In this document: positions 60,166 to 64,000 of the stretch, one piece after another | Position numbering within the stretch: position 1 is the first letter of the stretch | Layout of the letters: the number at the start of each line of letters is the position of its first letter | Sequence record: MK295203 | Strand: one strand, 5' to 3' | Origin: Escherichia phage vB_EcoM_005 | DNA length: 64,000 nucleotides | The notes under the pieces: generated by a model | What the model saw: only the letters and a program-made list of their open reading frames with translations | What the model was told of the DNA's origin: nothing | The model's database searches: none | Translations under genes and position numbers: made by a program

Positions 60166-60166
60166 T

Positions 60167-60949
60167 ATGAACATTAAAACACGTAAAGAATATTCTCGAT
60201 ATGATTTTGATACCACACGTCGTATCGCTATTGACCGTCTGGCAGACTTTGGCCATATTTGTAATGGTAATTATACTTATGGTGTAGGTCGTAAAGGAAC
60301 TTATATTGGTTCTTTGAACGATTATTGCCGTTGCCCGGCCCACCTGTTTGGTGCAACATTGCGAGCTAATATCAAAGACCTCTTGGCTACAGCAGGGCGT
60401 ATTTCTACGGTTCCTGTTAATATCAAAAATATTAATTTTACAGCTCGTAACCTGGTCATTAATATTTTGGCAGACGGTATTCAAGTTCGTTTCCGTCCTA
60501 CCTCAAAAGGTAATAAAGCCCTTCGTGAAGCATTTGAAACCGTTAATGTTAAACTAACTCGCGAATATCTTTTGTCTTACGCCCCTTATCAATCCCAACA
60601 AAAGGAACCACAAATGGAACGTCGTATCTCTATCTCTACATCTGCGGTATCATGTGACAGCGTAGGCCAGTATGCAGCCTATGACAAATTCAAAACCACC
60701 GCTGTGCCGAGTCCATTCAATTCCAAACCGTATCATTGGAAAATTGCACCTGATAATTCTATGGTGGTTACTAACCCTACGATGAAACCTATCGAGAAGT
60801 ATCATGAGGACTACATCCAGGAATCAATCCACCGTTTAAACGGTCAAATCGAAGATGAGAAAAAGAGTATCCAAGACGTATTGATTCGTATCAAGAACAT
60901 GGAACTCCAGCGTGACAAGCTCCGCGCGGCAGTATTAGCTCTAAAATAA
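60167..60949 (+). CDS. hypothetical protein (260 aa)
   Basis: TAATATG coupling with previous ORF; track starts at upstream ATG 60143. Confidence 0.5.
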   Translation: MNIKTRKEYSRYDFDTTRRIAIDRLADFGHICNGNYTYGVGRKGTYIGSLNDYCRCPAHLFGATLRANIKDLLATAGRISTVPVNIKNINFTARNLVINILADGIQVRFRPTSKGNKALREAFETVNVKLTREYLLSYAPYQSQQKEPQMERRISISTSAVSCDSVGQYAAYDKFKTTAVPSPFNSKPYHWKIAPDNSMVVTNPTMKPIEKYHEDYIQESIHRLNGQIEDEKKSIQDVLIRIKNMELQRDKLRAAVLALK

Positions 60950-60950
60950 T

Positions 60951-60985
60951 GTTTACATCCAAGGATGGATGGAGTATAATCCTTT
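60951..60985 (+). promoter_or_regulatory. early promoter (GTTTAC / GAGTATAAT)
   Basis: GTTTAC 60951-60956, spacer, TATAAT about 60975. Confidence 0.45.
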
Positions 60986-61008
60986 TATCAACTACTGAGG
61001 AGAATATC

Positions 61009-61920
61009 ATGACTCGTACTGAATACATCAATGCCTTTACTACGTATATCACTGCTGCCACCCCTCCATTAACCCCATACGAGGTAATAGTTTCTAATAT
61101 CAATAAATGGGTAGACCAAATTGATGAAGCACTATCTGGTTGTTTCAAAGATGAAATCGAAAAGATTGCGAGTCGTTTGTTTATTTCTGATATCACGGAA
61201 ACTTTTAAAGGTTCTCGTTTGCTTTCACGCCTGGTCAATAAGGACATCCTTTCAGAGTTTGGCAAAGAGAAACATCCAGGTTCCAGCCATGTTGTTAGCT
61301 ATCAATGGTTTGGTGACGTTTTAAAAAGCTATGTCAAAATTAAAGGTGCCGATCCTAGTGGCCTATTTCCACAACGTTGGGCTGGTGAATTTAAGGCTAA
61401 CTCCGCATTAATTCTAAAAGCAGCAACCAAAACCTTTGTAAAGGGTGATTGTCGTACTATCCACCCTATGGCTAATTGCATGATTAAAACAAACAGCTAT
61501 AAAGGGAAGGTACTTATTTCTATTATTTGGTCGCCTAGTCGGAAACCTAAAGAAGTTGAAGTTTCGAAATACCACGATATTTCCTACAATACCCTGAATA
61601 TGGTAGAACAGGCTTTAGCTTTGATGGATACAGTAGAGAAATATGAGATTCAAGAAATCAAACACCACTTAGGCTGGAAAGGATATGAAGTTTTAGTAAC
61701 AGTTCGCGAAATCAAATGCCCTGTTCCAAAAACCGACGCTGAAATTTATCAAGAAAAATGTGAGGAAATTGTGAACACTGATAAAGAGCCTGCAACCTTA
61801 GAAGACCTGATTGATGAGCTGAATAGCCCGAGGCTATTGGCCTGTGCACAAATTACTAAATCCAAGTTACCAGAAGTCGTTGCGGACCGTCTTGAACAGG
61901 CTCTGGAGCTGCTGAAATGA
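61009..61920 (+). CDS. hypothetical protein (303 aa)
   Basis: ATG after GAGGAG; track starts at 60949. Confidence 0.55.
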   Translation: MTRTEYINAFTTYITAATPPLTPYEVIVSNINKWVDQIDEALSGCFKDEIEKIASRLFISDITETFKGSRLLSRLVNKDILSEFGKEKHPGSSHVVSYQWFGDVLKSYVKIKGADPSGLFPQRWAGEFKANSALILKAATKTFVKGDCRTIHPMANCMIKTNSYKGKVLISIIWSPSRKPKEVEVSKYHDISYNTLNMVEQALALMDTVEKYEIQEIKHHLGWKGYEVLVTVREIKCPVPKTDAEIYQEKCEEIVNTDKEPATLEDLIDELNSPRLLACAQITKSKLPEVVADRLEQALELLK

Positions 61921-62249
61921 AACAACGTTTAGCTGAAGATATTGCTTCAACAACCAATACAGGTTTATTGGAATTTATTAAAGCCGAGGATGTTGAAGCT
62001 GAATTGGTTGGTAAGATTCATGGTGATGAGTATAGTGATGTCGTTAATTGGGACGCTGTGATGGCCATGGTTGAACGTCGTGAAAAAGCTTCTAAGAACG
62101 TTCCGAACTGTCCTATGTGTGGAACTGAACAGGTCCAGTTGGTTCAATGGCGGCATAATCCACTTCAGTATAAATGTCGCATGTGTAAACACAAATTTGA
62201 GCGAGACGAAAATGGCAAAGCGCAAAGAATATGTAGAGGCGGCCGATAA
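61917..62249 (+). CDS. zinc-ribbon-like protein (110 aa)
   Basis: CPMCG...CRMCKH four-Cys motif; ATGA overlap. Confidence 0.5.
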   Translation: MKQRLAEDIASTTNTGLLEFIKAEDVEAELVGKIHGDEYSDVVNWDAVMAMVERREKASKNVPNCPMCGTEQVQLVQWRHNPLQYKCRMCKHKFERDENGKAQRICRGGR

Positions 62250-62448
62250 GGCGGTCCGCGAACTTACTCTAGCTTATTATAAAGAGCACGGTAAATTTCC
62301 TGACAGTTATTCAGTTTTAAAATCTGCTTTAACTCGCTCGTATAATAATATACTATCTGATGTGTATGATTTAAAATATGAGCACATGGAAAAATATGGA
62401 ACAGAACTTGACCGTTCTGAAGCATTCAAACAAATATTAGGAATTTAA
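62212..62448 (+). CDS. hypothetical protein (78 aa)
   Basis: Internal ATG of ORF 62071..62448. Confidence 0.45.
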   Translation: MAKRKEYVEAADKAVRELTLAYYKEHGKFPDSYSVLKSALTRSYNNILSDVYDLKYEHMEKYGTELDRSEAFKQILGI

Positions 62449-62449
62449 A

Positions 62450-62614
62450 ATGGATGTGATGCCGGAAAAAGGTGTATTTGATGATGAGAAGATTGCTGAA
62501 CTCCTGGCTTCTCTTGGACGTGAATCTCAGGTAGGTTTGACTATGCCTCAGGTATTTGCTCCGGACGGAACTTCTATTGGTGGCTTTGACCAATTGCGAG
62601 CATATTTCAAATGA
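62450..62614 (+). CDS. nrdC: thioredoxin NrdC, C-terminal fragment only
   Basis: MDVMPEKGVFDDEKIAELLASLGRESQVGLTMPQVFAPDGTSIGGFDQLRAYFK matches the C-terminal part of T4 NrdC; N-terminal CxxC region absent. Confidence 0.6.
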   Translation: MDVMPEKGVFDDEKIAELLASLGRESQVGLTMPQVFAPDGTSIGGFDQLRAYFK

Positions 62615-62901
62615 TTGAATTAAATGAACAGACTATTTTTCTAGGTGATGGTACCGAAGATGACCTGGAATATAAACTATACGAATATATGGTTTGGCTG
62701 GCTAAAGCAGAAGGTATTGACTTTGCTGTAGCTCACCCGTATGGCGAGAACACCGTTGTAATCGGTGGCACTGCTTATGAAGTCCAATGGCAATACGTTG
62801 GGCTTGAATCCGAAGAATTTGAAGAAGATGAACACGGTGATTGGCACCCAGTCGGCCCTTGGTACTGGGAAGATGGTGAACCCGATTTTGAAGTAGCATA
62901 A
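62611..62901 (+). CDS. hypothetical acidic protein (96 aa)
   Basis: ATGA overlap; an open frame without start continues 62911..63044. Confidence 0.5.
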   Translation: MIELNEQTIFLGDGTEDDLEYKLYEYMVWLAKAEGIDFAVAHPYGENTVVIGGTAYEVQWQYVGLESEEFEEDEHGDWHPVGPWYWEDGEPDFEVA

Positions 62902-63042
62902 AGGCCGTCTGATTGAACATTCGCTTTATGAACTTTCGGATTCAGGTTCTTTACCTGACCTAGAATCCGATTTGATTAAAGCTGCTGCTGACTATATCCA
63001 TTGGCTTGAAGCTCAACTTCGCTTTGCTGATAAGGCGTTCTG

Positions 63043-63219
63043 ATGAAAACTAAATTAGTCTATACCGAAAAGTTGGATGGCAGTAAGGTCTGGAAACTTC
63101 TTATCAAAGGAAGTCCTACCGACCAGTTTATGGCCACCTGTGTAGGATTGTATACTCGCCCTACCAAAAAGATGATTCGTCAATTTAAACGGTTGCATCG
63201 TTCGTTCTATAATGTTTAA
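63043..63219 (+). CDS. hypothetical basic protein (58 aa)
   Basis: TGATG overlap with upstream frame. Confidence 0.4.
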   Translation: MKTKLVYTEKLDGSKVWKLLIKGSPTDQFMATCVGLYTRPTKKMIRQFKRLHRSFYNV

Positions 63220-63257
63220 TAAATACCTATATCTAATTATTATTAAAGGTATAGGTC

Positions 63258-64000
63258 ATGCAAGATTTCGGACATTGGGCGGTATTTGAAGAAACCGATA
63301 TTAAAAACCATATTGGATTTGTATACGTAATCACTTTTGAAGATGGCAAAAAATATGTAGGTGCTAAAAAGATTTGGAAACGAATTAAAGCTGCACCTTG
63401 CACATTTAAACGCGGCCCTAAAAAAGGATTTGAAGAATCTGATTGGAAAACCTATACCTCATCATCTAATGAACTAAACGCAATGATAGAAAAGGGTATA
63501 AGTCCTAAAGAGTACCTTATTGTAGGATGGTATCCTACTTGGGGTAAAACTCTTATGGCAGAAATGGAAATGCAATTAGCCAATGATGTTTTACGAGACC
63601 CTATGTGGCTTAACAAGCAAATTGGCGGACATTTCAACCCTAACTGCTTTGACGATTTAACCGCTGACGAAGTTGGCAAGTATATTAAATCTGGGTGGCA
63701 ATTTGGTCGTTCTAAAACAGAAAAACATTCTGTTACCTATAATTGCTCTAAATTTACTATATGGGACTATCAAGAAAATAAAGCAGTGGAAGTTCTAAAT
63801 CAAAATGAGTTTGCTCGTAATAATGATTTAAGTAGCAACCATCTAACTAGACTACTTCAAGGAACTCTCGACCTTATTAAAGATCGCTGGGGACTTCCAC
63901 CAGATATTGCTCGTCAGCGTTATAAATTTCAGGACGTTTCTTCAGGAACAAAATTTTTATCTAATTCTGAGTTAGAAGAATTTTACGGTATGACTCGCGG
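63258..64000 (+). CDS. GIY-YIG homing endonuclease (3' end beyond window)
   Basis: MQDFGHWAVFEETDIKNHIGFVYVITFEDGKKYVGAKK... GIY-YIG motifs; no stop before window end, so absent from ORF track. Confidence 0.7.
   Translation, partial: MQDFGHWAVFEETDIKNHIGFVYVITFEDGKKYVGAKKIWKRIKAAPCTFKRGPKKGFEESDWKTYTSSSNELNAMIEKGISPKEYLIVGWYPTWGKTLMAEMEMQLANDVLRDPMWLNKQIGGHFNPNCFDDLTADEVGKYIKSGWQFGRSKTEKHSVTYNCSKFTIWDYQENKAVEVLNQNEFARNNDLSSNHLTRLLQGTLDLIKDRWGLPPDIARQRYKFQDVSSGTKFLSNSELEEFYGMTR

Noticed and set aside
35429-60985. Repeated 40-bp units considered as a CRISPR array
   Set aside because: Copies are dispersed over 25 kb, each sits in front of a gene with a GTTTAC / TGnTAnnAT promoter structure, and there are no regularly spaced short spacers; they are promoter cassettes.

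Overview
The window reads as a T4-like (Tevenvirinae) myophage genome segment, inverted relative to the usual T4 map. Positions 1-32000 carry the late structural module on the minus strand: 24, 23, 22, 21, 68, 67, 20, 19, 18, 17, 16, 15, 14, 13, wac, 12, 11, 10, 9, 8, 7, 6, 5.4, 5, 53. Positions 32000-64000 are plus-strand: 4, 2, 3, 1, 57A, 57B, then a long early hyperplastic region with seven internal-protein genes carrying the MKTYQEFITEA capsid-targeting leader, two tRNAs, nudE, e, ipIII, ipII, denV, regB, an SLT transglycosylase, a macro-domain protein, tk, an rI-like gene and a truncated nrdC. Six free-standing homing endonuclease genes (GIY-YIG and HNH) sit between structural genes, plus one more HEG-like AP2 protein in the early region. 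A conserved early-promoter cassette (GTTTAC, 14-18 nt spacer, TGATACTATAGACCTATCAA) recurs at least 12 times, often inside inverted repeats that would sequester the downstream Shine-Dalgarno. The main anomaly is that many essential genes are damaged as given: frameshifts or deletions in 23, 14, 13, 11, 7, e and nrdC, and several structural proteins are 30-50 residues shorter than I recall for T4. The sequence is therefore either a defective or low-quality assembly or has been artificially altered; I cannot tell which. All protein identities are from motif and gene-order recognition by eye; no searches were run, and T4 comparisons are from memory.
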